Of a DNA stretch of 64,000 nt, positions 51,404 to 64,000 are shown in pieces. Position numbers and translations under genes: made by a program. Origin of the DNA: Carcharhinus amblyrhynchos (Eukaryota); the NCBI GenBank assembly GCA_965287045.1, contig OZ336876.1, forward strand, positions 3,224,001-3,288,000, read 5' to 3'. The notes beneath the pieces are model-generated. The model saw only the letters and a list, made by a program, of their open reading frames with translations, made no database searches and was not told the origin of the DNA. Every line of letters starts with the position of its first letter. The stretch's first letter is position 1.

Positions 51404-51487
51404 ATTAAAAGCAACATGTTGCAAAATGTAATCGTGTTAAAAATGGAGGATTTTTTATCGAAAAAGTGCATTGTAGACAAAAATAAA
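51404..51487 (+). terminator. Candidate polyadenylation signals ATTAAA (51404) and AATAAA (51482)
   Basis: Hexamers about 340 and 420 nt after the putative stop; no transcript evidence. Confidence 0.4.
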
Positions 51488-52509
51488 AATCATTTCGTTA
51501 TTAAGTGGCTATCCACATGGCCATGTGGCATGGTGGTTATCACTGCTGCCTCACAGCGCGAGGGACCCGGGTTCAGTTCCCAGCTTAGATCGCTGCCTAT
51601 GCCGAGTTTGCCACGTTCTTGGAGTGAATTGACACAAACAGGCTGCACAACGATGTTGAATTCACATCTATTCCGACAGCTGTGGAATCGGTTTTTTTCA
51701 CTCGAAGCATGTTGTGTCCTTTGAGCAGCATTCAGGACGGCCTGTTCTCTAGTTTCTCAAGTTTTCCAAGTGTCTTCATGTGTTCCGATTGCAGTTATGG
51801 CATGATTCCATCAGGTATCGTTGAATCACAGCTTGTTCCTTTGCCTGATGTTCATGATGGATAGACTGATGTGCTTAACCCTGAGGTTAAGTAATGCAAA
51901 GTACAATACAAGTTCTGTTGTGTCACAGCGCCAGAGTGGCGCCCAGTTCCCGACTCCTAGATAAGTTGTAGGTTTGTTTTCTTGCAAATCCGTGTGAGAA
52001 CGGACTTTGTCTCCACAAATGCAATGGGATCGGTATTTCTGCAGATGTAACACTAGAAACTGCGTCAAATAGCATGGACAGGAGATCCAACTAATTATTC
52101 TTCCCCCACATGTTGCATTTCATGAAAACTGTCCTTCCGAACTCGGCTTGCCATGTCAATGAGTGTTGTTACCCATTCATTTTTGGATGTAGGTATTTGA
52201 AGCCCCTTCCAATGGTGCGCTGTTCGCCTTTGTTTCTTTCAGTGTGACGCTGAAAGACCTTTTTAAGAACTTAGCCATCCACCAAGTCTTCTGAATAGGA
52301 AAGTCATAGTAGAGTCATTTCAAGACAAGAGGCTCAGTCTCAGAATGTGAGTAGGCTATATTCTCTTGGTTTACGAGTCTTGATTTATCACCTGTTACAT
52401 CATAATGGTTCACCCCACTCCATATAAACAATCCGTTAAAAATCTAATGAGAAAGTATATATTGACTCCCTGATGTGAACTTTATGCTACACTAGCAGGA
52501 CGATTTTTT

Positions 52510-52950
52510 TTCCCCGAATTCTGCAGCAAGTAATTCACCTCCTGACTCCCCAACGGCTGTCCGCCATCGACATGGCACAAGTCAGCACTGCGATTGAATA
52601 GTCTCCAGTGGCCTGGATGAATGCTGCTTCAACAACAGTGAACAAGTATGACACTATTCAGGTAAAAAAAAACACAATGCATCGATACTATTTCCACAAA
52701 TATGCCTACATCTCCGACAAGCCGCCGTGTGTACCATCTACAAGTTAACCTGTAACAACTGAGCAAAGGTCCTGAGGCAGAAACGTCCACATTCACTTCC
52801 ACTAGTATTTAAACGCTCTGTGGCACCTGACACCTGATACGACCACCACCTACATGTTCCCCTGTGAGTCAGTCAGCATCCTGACTTAAAAAATTATCAC
52901 AGTTCCTTCTCTGCCGCTGGGTTAAAGACTGTGAACTCATTAGCATTGGG
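52510..52950 (+). mobile_element. Old LINE 3' fragment (CR1/L2 clade)
   Basis: ctcctgactccccaacggctgtccgccatc..gtgtgtaccatctacaag..ctgtgaactc; degenerate. Confidence 0.5.
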
Positions 52951-53194
52951 ACTTCCCTGGTAATGTAAAAGGATATGGTATGATAATAATGTTTTTTCTC
53001 TTTTAATTCACAAGTTTTAAGTCGGTCCGCCTTGTTGTCCAACGAGGGGCATACACGCGATGGGTCGTACTTGGGCTGTTCTTGAATGTTCGAGATTGGC
53101 CTAGTGCTTCATGTCGTTAGTGTTTGCTTAAACTGGACCAGATGCTGGGCAACACGACAGCTCAGTAACTATCAGTGTTTGCTGTGCAGACACA

Positions 53195-53445
53195 TGGATT
53201 TGGGCCAGTGTCTGTGGGAGTTTGCACATTCTACCCGTGCTGGCGTAGGTTTCCTCCGGGTGCTCCGGTTTCCTCCCAGACCCCAAAGATGTGCTATTAG
53301 GCTGATTGGAAGTAATACATTGTCCCGAAATTAGTTTCCTTCGATGTGGATTTCCATAAAACAATAGATAAGGGTCATGGGTGGAGGGGGGGCAGGTAAT
53401 GTTAAAATGGCGGCGCGGGCTCGTTGGGCCGAAGGGCCTGTCTCC
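53195..53445 (+). mobile_element. SINE body (HE1-like)
   Basis: tgtgggagtttgcacattctacccgtg..ggtttcctccgggtgctccggtttcctccca..gttgggccgaagggcctgt. Confidence 0.75.
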
Positions 53446-54284
53446 CGGGCTGTTTTTGTTCTTTGTTTTTGTTTGTAACTCCATACCGAAAATCTCTGTG
53501 AGTGTACGTACACTTCAGGGACAGTGCAGGTTCAAGAAGGCAACTCGCTTCTTCCTTATCAATGGTTACTAAATTTGGGTAATAACTTCTGCCGTAATAA
53601 GCGACGCACACAGCCGTCAATTAGAAAACTATAGCTGGTCTGGCCTATTCTCCAACCAATTATCTAATTTTTTTTGTTCTCCATTGTAATTGGGTGTCGC
53701 TATAAAGGCCAGTATTTGGGGCCAACCCTTGTGTTTCCTTGAGATGAGTACCTTGCTGGTTCATTCAGAGGGCATACCAAGCGAGGACTTCCATATAAGC
53801 CAGAAAAATTAAGATATCAGATTTCCTACCGTAAAGTGACCTATAAACATTCATGGATATTTTCCTGGCCACCGTCGGTGACAAATGTTTTCAATTCTAA
53901 GAACATTGTTGTTTTGATCTCCACTTGCAACCCCAAGGTGGAATTTGACCTCACACCTGCAGAAGTTAAGAATGAGCCTCCTCCATCTCAGTCCAACCGA
54001 ACCCACCTTGGATTCCCGTCCTGCCCCACTCCTTCTGAACAGAATGGAGTAGAGTTTTATTTGACAAAAAAAGGGTACAATTATATTTGCCAGCACCAGT
54101 ACACTGGGCATCACTTTTTTTATTTTTATTCTACATGATTACACTGTTTTCCATGATTCACTCAAATGTTTTAATCAAGGCAATCAAAGAATGACCACTT
54201 CCTGCTCGCGGAGTGGAGCATCAACTGCCATAAGCACCGATAAAATTGAAAAAACATTCCTCCTAAATGCTCATAACATGGACA

Positions 54285-54445
54285 TTGTGTGCGTGTGGCA
54301 TGCATGTGGGCGTGTGTGTGTGTGCGTGTGTGTGTTCGTGTGTGCATGTGCCTCTGTGTTCATGTCATTTATGTACGTCCACCAATGTGGTTATTTGCGT
54401 TTGTGTCTGTGTGCCTATGTAAGTTTGTGTATATGTGTGTCTGTT
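54285..54445. repeat. Degenerate (TG)n low-complexity tract
   Basis: Direct reading. Confidence 0.85.
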
Positions 54446-57400
54446 TAAAATATAATAGAGAGGTTATGAGCTGAAACACCTAGCAGAGAAAAAAAAAGCT
54501 GACTTGAAATATTGTAGAGAGGTGAAATCACTTCCTCTTTAGGAGACATCTCGGAAAATCGGATGAACAATAAAATTCAGAAATATTCACATTGTATCAG
54601 GAACGCCAGTTGCTTTTTTAAAAAATTATAACTTCGACCAATGGCTTTTGGGCAACGTAAGCCAAGGAGTCTTCATTCCAGTGGGACCTTGTTGCGCAAA
54701 AGGGCCATGCGTACCTCAGGGCTGGAAGGTGCGTGTTCATGTTCCCCTCCAACACTCCGTATAAGATGGTTTTACATTGGTTATAAGCCTGCAAATCCAT
54801 GCATTACGCCTCATGGCAGTATTTTTTCCCCTGGTAAACAATGCTCTGGAGACACCGACGAGCCACGGCCACACTGAGCAAAGCATAATCATCGGACAAT
54901 CCAGTGGTCGTGAATACTTGCTTCGTTTGCGGTACCTGATTACTTCATCGAGTTGCTTTATCAATAACCTTTTGCCAATGGCATCGGCCTTTGCCATTGG
55001 GATGAGAGGAGAGCCAGTAGACATGGTCCAAATCTAATCGCATGTGTGGCCAAATGGTCACGAAGGGTTCGGACACCAAAGTAACTCACGTGCTGAGATC
55101 ATTGCAAATAAAACTACGGTTGGACCTAAGAGGTTATTTTCGGACTGGGCCAAATGGCAGGAGGTGCCAGTAAGATTTAACTTTTTTTTACCCATGCTTT
55201 TATGGTAAATGCAGCACCCACCATGCGCTGATGTTATATGCAATAGATGTAAAATGTCAACATATTGCATGACTGTATGAAATGCAGATTTGTAAAATAT
55301 GTTCAGCAATCTTTCTATTCGGAAAACTTATTTGGAATTCCTCAGATGCCGATGACCAGATTCTTAACATAGGGGGAAAAAAAGCAATAAAAAAAACAGG
55401 CATTTTGATCTGAATGTATTCCTCATTCAACGGGAAACGGATCCGCGTTGGAGCGAAACGCCATATTTCAATAAAATGCAACTTTACATTTTCCGCATCC
55501 AAGCTGCAGTCTGATAACGGTTCAATATTATTTCCTGCCGTTATTGAACATATCCGACAGACGTGGTAACATGATCCCATTCATCAAATTTGTGGTCTAA
55601 GTGGTTGGCCGGGAAGAGAGATTAGAGCAGCCAGTTCATTGCAAAGGCTAGGCTCAGGCAGGAACTCAGCCGGTTGATCTTCCCCTCGCCCCACCGCCCC
55701 CCACCACCCCCCCCCCCCCCGCACCCGCCAACCCTCCATCCCCCCCACTTCCGCCCCCATTCCCCAACCACAATGTATTTTCACATATTTACTATTGGCG
55801 AGCAGTTTAACTCCTTCCCTTGCTCACAATGGCTTGCCTAATAACATAAGGCAAGGCCAAGACATTATTTGCATCTAAAACCCAGAAAACGCACGTGGAG
55901 ATCGGGCCATTAACACGTGACCCGAGCCGATGACGGCCACAATACAATACAGCGAGGAAATAAAACTAGCACTGGTCTATACGATTAATGGCCGCAAGAT
56001 GTCGTCGTGAACTTAAATGAAAATGTTTTATAAAAGTATGCAATGTAAGGAAGTTACCAATTAATTTCTGAACAGCGAAATCCTCTAGAGCATTCCAGCC
56101 GGATGGTAATAATTGTTTCCATCTCAGTTGTTTGATGGATACATATTACAATTATCCAACTCGTATAAATCCTTCTCTCTCGCTCTCTGTCAAACTTCCT
56201 TTTTTGCGGAACTTTGTGAATATATTGATTTCATTCGTTTGATACGTTTCTTTTTAATGGAAATTTACTCAAACTGTCCCTGACCATAAAACTATGCAAC
56301 GGACGTAAGGAGAGATAGTGGCATTTCCAAGCTTAATATTTTCAATGGTGGGTGGCATTTAGGTGGCAAAACGAAATTGAGGCAGAATTAAATTGCATAC
56401 TACTGTCTACTTTAACAATGTATATCGTTGAGAACTGTTGAATTTGGTAGGACTTTCTTTCTGAATGTTGTAAGGTAGTTGCTCTCACAAAGCATAGAGT
56501 CTGCAGTACGACTTTTGAGCTGTTGTCACTCGCAAGACCAACATTTCTTGCATATTCCTAATTACGGTGGAAAATTGATGCTGAACCGCCATCTATAGAT
56601 GCTGCGTGAGTCTCAAGTAGGTCTACATACATTTCTTTTAGTGAAGGATTGTTTTTTTTTGTCTGTTAGCTCGCAGACATAAAGCATATGGGCATTGATG
56701 GACGAGTAACTGGCAAAATATTTTCAAATAATTGCATACACACGCCGTTGCTCTGATTCATACTTGGGGTATATAATAACATTTGAGTTGGAAAACTAAT
56801 TTTGCCATATTATTCTTATTTAGTTAAATATCGAATGAATTTAATTAGATTCTTCAGGAATTGCCTAACCTTTTATAAATTCTTAGAATTTCCTGAATTA
56901 GAATTTTACTTTACAGTCGATCCCAATTTATACCGTTGAGTGAGATCCCATTAACTTTCCCGTCAAAATCTTTAACATCACTAGATAGATTAGCTTGGGC
57001 CTCACCTGACTGCCTGTTTAGCTATGGGATCAAAACAGTCAGAAGCAGCTTTCGCGGTGCCTTGTCTGCTTTTCCAATGGAAGTAACAATTTATATGCAA
57101 ATTCTTAGATTTTCCTTGCATCATTGATATTTTAAACATCTTTTTCACACTTAACAATCCTATCCATATATTACCTGACAAAAAGGGAGATGCAGTAGGC
57201 CAAAAGTCCCGTGAGCCTTATATGTTCCACGTCAGGGGCATATGACAAACATAGGCAAAGACTCAGCCTTACTCCCCGCCACCTTGCCACACCCCCACAA
57301 TGAAATAGAGAAAAATAATATTCTGAATTGCCAGTCATTTATTTAAGGAACATTTGGAATTATAGGTTTATTATACATTGAGCTAGAATATCCTAATACC

Positions 57401-59142
57401 GATTACAGCTTCCTATTGTTGTATCCCTTGACAAGGTGCGCACAACCACAGTCCCTTCACATTATAATCAGTAACATCACTCACAGAGTGTAATTCTATC
57501 TGTTGCTGCAGCAGTTGCCAAATAACATTGTGGGAGATGTGCACATAATACTCATTGCTATGGAGTGGACTCGATGCAATTACATTATTTGCAGGTTACC
57601 TATTTTTGAATTGTCAAGTTCAGGTACACGTATGTAAAATAGTGTTCCGTAAACAGCTTGTTGGACATAAAATACCATTTTGGAATCACTGCAGTGTAAA
57701 TCTATTGCAATCTTCACGTCTATCAGTTATACGATCACGAATGTCAGTAGATAGAGACCTTCAATTGACTCTGATGCAATATGTTTCGTTTGGAGATCAT
57801 GGCTGAGGTGTTGAGGTGATGTACGGGATTCGATTACTTCTCTAAAAATTCCCCAAAATCCTGCGAGACAAACGAAGCCCTTTGTCAGCCAAAATTTGCT
57901 CTGCAACCCTGGTTACGTAATACATTTCCCGGCCTTTGACTTGCACTCTCAACCGTAATGGAACACCTAATTTAAATTTTTGTTTCTTTGGAATGGAAGA
58001 AAAAATACGACCGCCACGAATATTCTTCCATCAAGTGGACAAGTAACATGAAGGTTGAAGCGTTCGCATGAGATGGACGGCCAACTCTATGCGTAGAGAT
58101 GTACCATTTGAGGCAGGTTTTTCACACTCGAAAATGAAGAACACGTCCATGCCGTTACTTCAATATCTTGATCCAGACTAACATATTAAAAGTAATTTCT
58201 ATCGCTCTCTATCGTGTGAACAGTTCCAGTTCCCATAATGCAGTTTATTCAACGCCCGTTTCATGAATTATAAATAAAGACTGCATGCCCCAAAGCAAAA
58301 ACCATAAAGTGATTGATAATTCTGTCATCTTGATAACGTCATGACGAAGATCAGGTGAGACTTGTAAGACATGGGCCGTATTTCTGTGCACCACAATTTC
58401 AATGAATTTGGATGAAGGTGGATGCACAAAGATAGCCTTCATGGTTTGCACTGAGACACTGCTTGTGTTCTATACGTATGCCAAGTAGCAGAAGCCTGTG
58501 TGAGCGGAACCCTCGAGATTGACTGGCGGGCCAGCCTCGAAAATTCATTCTACTGCACATTGGCTAGTCACATGTTACGTGTGTGCACACAATGTACATG
58601 TCCAGCGCTACATCGCGTTTGCAAATGAAGAAGGTAGGCATATGTGTGGTAGGTATTGAGGCGAGTGTTGGGTGATCAGCCAACAGCGTTAATATCCTTT
58701 CAAATAGGTACTGATGAAATGTTGCGATTTTGTACAGTCCTGTGTGTCTTGATGTTAAAATAGTTATGATACTTCTCATCCTTTTGCATGTGTTAATTGT
58801 CCCGTGTTTGCAGCATTTCTGCCCACCGTCCAGACCAGCCAAACAATGTCCTGAATCTGAGAAGTGGGCATTGTCCAGCACGCCACACGAGGTTAACAGT
58901 GACAGTGAATTCTCCATAGATGCGTACAGAACCCTTTTGTTGCAACACTACAACATTGGATGTGGCCGATGAATTATGGGGGCAGGTAACAAGACTGCTA
59001 TCCTGACCGGGCACTCCAGGTGAGCTTCGAATTTGGGTTTACGTTGTTTTCTTCTTTCGCAATGCTATAGACTTCTGTCCAATGTAACTGGATGTTCTCA
59101 AGCGTTGACTGTTCAACTAAAGCTGGATACTTATTTTTCATA

Positions 59143-59283
59143 GTAAGAAGTTTCGTAACACCACATTAAAGTCCAACAGGTTTATTTGATAATAAACGCA
59201 AATAAACCTGGTGGGCTTTAACCTGGCGTTGTGAGACATCTTACTGTGTTTACTTCAGTCCAACTCCGGCATCTCCACATCAT
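59143..59283. repeat. Palindromic short repeat element (46-bp arms) with tail cagtccaactccggcatctccacatc; probably Penelope-derived
   Basis: Arms 59143-59188 and 59199-59244 are imperfect reverse complements; the same tail occurs at 6683-6708. Confidence 0.75.
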
Positions 59284-59830
59284 AATTATTTTTCACCAGA
59301 AACAACTGCTTAGCAGTCTACCTATTCAGTTACACATTTAATTATGTTCTGTCCATCGTAAGTACAAATTACTCTGTACACATTTTCAGGTTTTTTTTTA
59401 TAAGCGCCAATGGGAGATATACACCGTACTTGGGAACAAAGAAAATGTTTCTCCTCTATTTTGTTACCAAATATTTTATAATGGACACTTCAATTTTCAT
59501 TATTACTGCTGTCGGGTTAACCGTTTTAATTCCCTGTTTTAACCGTCCCTCATTTATTTCCTGAATACAAGGATTAATATTGTCACCCGCCATCCGGAAG
59601 AATTATTCCAGAATCAAAAAAAGGATGACGTCAACGGAGACGTCCTTTTTTTTTCATGATTACCTCTTTATTTCGCCGGGATGTAGATTATCAGTGAATG
59701 AGGAATTAGTTGTTAGTGTCATTCATCATCCATTATTATTGTTGTTACTATAATAATAATCACGCTGTAATTCGAAGAGTAAACAAATCAGGATACAAAT
59801 GATTCGATTTCCACGTTTCATTCGTTTAAG

Positions 59831-60140
59831 TGACATCCCAGTGCGCTTGATTGATGGACCCAATCCTTGCTCCGGAGGTGTGGAACTACATTTAATGACA
59901 CCTGGGGTGCGGTCTGTGATGACGACTGGTATATAGAAGTTGCGAAATTTGTCGACAGTTGGACTATGCGCACGCTAAGTCAGCTCTCAGCAATGCTCAT
60001 TTTGGAGCTGCGTCTGGAAATTTCTGGTTGGATGATGTTAAATGCCAAAGGGATCGAGTGGAATTTATTCCAGTGTTGTTCAAACTCCGTTAGAGAGCAT
60101 GACTGCAATGCGGGCGAAGCAGCGTCTGAAATTTGCTTAT
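59831..60140 (+). pseudogene. Degenerate SRCR (A-like) pseudo-exon
   Basis: DIPVRLIDGPNPCSGGVEL / [13 protein letters not shown] / CRQLDYAHAKSA..FWLDDVKC / KGIEWNLFQC..HDCNAGEAASEIC, pieced across at least 3 frameshifts; Cys4 to Tyr; exon start out of phase and donor context degraded (TAT|gtatca). Confidence 0.9.
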
Positions 60141-60654
60141 GTATCAAACTTTCGTTTTACCTACAGAATGCATGTATTATATCAAAACAGAAATATGATG
60201 GAAATAAGATACAATGATCGCGACTGAAGGGATAGCCTAATAATAATTTCTGGCGTGCGATTTTTAAGGAACATTCCAGTGCACGAATCCCAAGCAAAAT
60301 GAATATTTCCGAAAAAAAAAACTGCAGCAGAAAATAGCCGTGAACTTGCGTTTTTCTTCAAGTGAAATTTCGTGCCCGACACTGCAAAGAAAACAATAGC
60401 TTTCAAATGACATTAACATCTCTTAGAATTCGACTCAATAGAAGATACTTCTTATGTAACTTGAATAACTGATGTCACATAACGCAAGGAACAAGATCTG
60501 TGAATAGAATAAAGAAAAGCAATAATAAAAATAAGCTCAGGCCAATATAGGGAAAATCAAATCTCTTTGATTGCCGAGGTTTTCTCACAAAGGAAAATAG
60601 ATTCAATAAATGAAATTGGTGTTATCCCCCCACCCACCATATTATTTCTTTTAG

Positions 60655-60971
60655 CTGACGCCACATTACGATTGACAAATGATTTTAACTTTGCTTCAAG
60701 AAGAGTGGAATTATATCATAACAACACGTGGGGAGCAGCGTGCGATGACGATTGGGACAAACATGATGCCGACGTCGTGTGCACGCAGTTGGGCTTTGGG
60801 TCCGCCAACAGAGCTCTGACAGACGCTTCTTTTGGAGACTCATCTGGTTCCTTCCGGCTGGATCATGTAAATTGTACCGGAAACGAGGACAACTTCCTGC
60901 AGTACGGAACAAAAAAGCTTTGGGAGATCACAACTGCAGGCCTCATGAGGCGGCGTCTGTCAATTGTTCAG
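60655..60971 (+). pseudogene. Degenerate SRCR (A-like) pseudo-exon
   Basis: ttttag|CT GAC..RRVELYHNNTWGAACDDDWD..; 317 nt (+2 near the A run at 60911-60916); Cys1 to Ala, Cys4 to Phe, Cys6 to Tyr, Trp to Arg; splice sites intact. Confidence 0.85.
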
Positions 60972-61899
60972 GTGAAAAAAATGTTTACGAGAATAATTTA
61001 ATGAAGGGCACAAAATTAGTATCAAATCGCAATTGCTATTTTTCAGTTCTTTCCTCAAAGGATGAGAATGGTAATCCATGGGAAAGATATTGAAGCGAAC
61101 CCCCTTTGCAAAAATAAAATGTGATAAGCAAATTGTTTGGCGTTCGTTTACTAAGCGAGTCTTGAACTGTAAGGTTATTATCTCATCGTATTTAGCACAG
61201 CGGTATAGCCAACAGTGGAGTGGAGCTGCTGTTGGTCATGCTCGGGAGTCAGATAGAGTGCTTTGGATAGTGAAACCAGTTGTGGAGTGTGGTAATCAAG
61301 TAATGTGGTAATGAGAGCCGAGCCCTTAGATTTGGAACGGCGTAACCTCAATGGACGGAGAGTGGAAGAAATCCCATCGGGAGTGGGGAATATTATGGAT
61401 TGGTGATTATTGTGGATGGGAAATTATGGCGTACCAGTGCATCGAATGATCTAGGTTTTCAAAAGAGTATTTTTTTTTAATTGTTAAGCTGGAAAATGTT
61501 TTGTCTGTCCTATCTTTTTAGCAACAATTGCCCTGAATCAGGCGGAATAATCCAAAGTTAGAAAAGTTATTCATACGTTGGAATGGCTGACAGCGAAACA
61601 CTATTGTCCAAATTGTTTCATTGCTTCTAGGCTATTGCATACAAACACTTACCTTGAATTTTTCGAGGTAGATTTCACACCATACCTAGTTGTACCTCTC
61701 TAATTCGACATCAGGCAGAGAGTTATAGCCAAAATGATTTTGACTGTTTGTTCAAAGGATAACGTCGTATCACTCTTCACCCTGCTAGCCCCAGTGTGAA
61801 CTCTGTGCGTGCATGTTATGTCACATCTCACTCATTATCCGAATTTCCAGACAGTGCAACCTTGGAATCCACAAGTTCTTCCCATATGAAAATGTCACC

Positions 61900-62130
61900 A
61901 TCCCAGCGATTAATTGGCCAACCTTCGCTGCATTCCGTCTATTGCAAGTACACTCTTCTTAAGATGTAGAGACCAGAGCTGTGCACAATTCTGCATATTA
62001 CGTCTCGCTAAGCTACGATACAACAGTGAATGTTTGTTCAAATCATCCCACGAGGACTCTGACATAGCATTTTTCTTCTGTATTAGTTGTTGCAACTGCA
62101 CGCAAAAATTTTGTGCCAAGTGAACACACT
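61900..62130 (-). mobile_element. CR1 LINE fragment
   Basis: Minus translation LYRSLARRNMQNCAQLWSLHLKKSVLAIDGMQRR. Confidence 0.7.
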
Positions 62131-62139
62131 TGGGCAGGC

Positions 62140-64000
62140 GATGGCCTAGTGGCAGTATCGCTCGACTAATAATCCAGAAACACAGAAAATGTTCTGGGTA
62201 CTTGACTTTGAATCCCACCACAACAGTTGGTGGAATATGAATTCAATAAAAATATCTCGAATTAAGAGTCTACTGACATGAAACCATTGTCAATTGTCTG
62301 AAAAAAAATCTGATTCACTATTCTCCTTTCGGGACAAAAGTCTGGCGTCCTTACCTGGCCTGGCATGCATGTGAATTCAGAGCCACAACAATATGGTTGG
62401 CTCTTGCTTGCCCTCTGAAATGGCCGAGCAAGCCACTCAGTTGTTACAATCCCTCCACAGAATGAGAAAGAAAGGAATCTGGACGGACCACTTGCTGTCG
62501 AGCCATGCACCGAAAAAGAGAACAGCAAAACAAACGGCACTTTCGACTCTGCAAAGTCCTCCTTACTAACATTTGGGAGCGAGTGCCAAAATTGGGAGAG
62601 CTGAGTCACAGAATGGTAAAGCAATATCCTGACATAATCAAACTCATGGAATCATACCTTACAGATAACAGACCGGACACCACCATTTCTGCACGTGGAT
62701 CTGTCCTGTCACGCCAAGGTGGGGCCACAGTGGTGTACAGTCGGCGTGGACTCCGGACTCCATGAATCCCGTGGCTCCTGGCTAACCATAGGGAACAAGA
62801 CCTCTTACTGATTACCACGTACCATGCTTCTGCAGGGGCTGATGAATCAGTATTCCACCATGTTGAACAACATTTGGACGAAGCACTGAGGGTAGCAAGG
62901 ACGTAAAATCTACGCTGGAAGGGGGATTGCAATGTCCTCCACCAGAAGTGGCTCGGTAGCAGAACTTCTGATCGAACTGGTCGGGTCATAAAGGATATAA
63001 CTGCTAGACTGGGTCTGTAGCATTTGGTGAAGGAACGAAGAAGGAAAAAAAAACATACTCGACATCATTGTTACCAAATTGTGCGCTGGAGGTGCATTTG
63101 TACATTACAGCATGGGTAATAGTGACCACCGCACAGTCCTTGTGGAGACAAAGTCCCACCTTCACTTTGAGAATAACCTCCATCATGTTGTTTGGCACAA
63201 TCACCATGCTAAATGGGACAGACGTCTAACCGACCTAGCAACTGAAGGCTAGGCATCCATGAGGCGCGATGGGCCATCAACAACAACAGATCTGTACTCC
63301 AGCACAATCTACAATCCCATGGCCCAACATATCCCTACTCAACCAATGACATCAAGCCAGGTATCAACACTTGTTCAATGGAGAGTGCAGGAGGGCATAC
63401 CAGGAGCAGCACCAGGAACACATAAAAATGAGGTATCAACCTGGTGAAGCTTCCAGACAAGACTACTCGCCTGCCAAATGGCAAAAGGGGCAAGCAATCG
63501 ATTGATAGAGAAAAGTGATCAAAGGATTCTCACACAACCAGTCGAGAATGCTGGTGGACAATTAAACAACTCGCTGGAGAAGGAGACTCCACAAATATCC
63601 CCATCCTCAATGATGGAAGAGCCCAGCCATTAGTGCAATAGATAAGGCTGAAGTATTTGCATCAAGGTCCCCAGCACCTGAGATGCCAGTCTCCAGCCAA
63701 ATCGATTGGCTGCACATGATATCAAGAAACAGGTTGGAGGCACTGGTTACTATAAAAACAACGGGCACTGATAACATTCCGGCAATAGTAATGAAGACTT
63801 AGTCTCCAGAAATTGCCGCTCCCCTAGCCAAGCACTTCCAGTAAAGTTAACATACTAGCGTGTTCCAAATACTGTGGAAAATTGGTCATTTATGTTATGT
63901 ACAGGAACAGCAAGACAAATCCAACCAAGCATTCTACTCTCAATCATCAGCACGGTGATGGAAAGGGTCATCCACAGCGCTGTCAAGCAGAATGTGTTAA
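62140..64000 (+). mobile_element. Decayed long LINE (CR1/L2 clade): 5' head, endonuclease region and start of RT; runs off the window
   Basis: RLCKVLLTNIW..PKLGELSHR..PDIIKLMESYL..GGATVVYSR; later pre-RT-like segments (G.DNIPAIV..PEIAAPLAK) with stops and frameshifts. Confidence 0.8.

Noticed and set aside
55680-56010. C-rich tract (G-quadruplex potential on the minus strand) plus two CACGTG E-boxes as a promoter
   Set aside because: Short motifs are expected by chance and there is no linked first exon; cannot be supported from sequence alone
58730-58972. ORF with IVMILLILLHVLIVPCL as the missing TM exon
   Set aside because: No phase-compatible acceptor seen before it; the T-rich stretch looks like intron sequence leading to the AG at 58813
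1-64000. Prokaryotic systems (CRISPR, operons), tRNA/rRNA genes, or V(D)J segments with RSS
   Set aside because: Spliced vertebrate gene context; tRNA-like boxes belong to SINE heads; the Ig exons are C2-type, end in splice donors, and I saw no heptamer/nonamer signals

Overview
Eukaryotic genomic DNA, most likely from a cartilaginous fish (inferred from HE1-like SINEs, CR1 and Rex1 LINEs and Penelope-like remnants). The ORF track is largely misleading because the coding signal is spliced. On the + strand I can assemble 22 intact domain exons (2238-50360), all phase 1-1 with canonical AG/GT. They run strictly as (SRCR type A - SRCR type B - Ig) x7, followed by one more type A SRCR. That is 15 group-B scavenger-receptor cysteine-rich domains interleaved with 7 C2-type Ig domains resembling LILR/KIR/A1BG/IGSF1 domains, about 2,290 aa without the leader. 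A strong acceptor at 51050 gives a 3-codon terminal exon (E-L-R-stop) with poly(A) signals downstream, and I found no transmembrane exon, so the product is probably a very large secreted mosaic immune protein. No leader exon was found in the window. Two frameshifted SRCR pseudo-exons follow at 59.8-61.0 kb. Introns are filled with retroelement remnants, microsatellites and two short N gaps.
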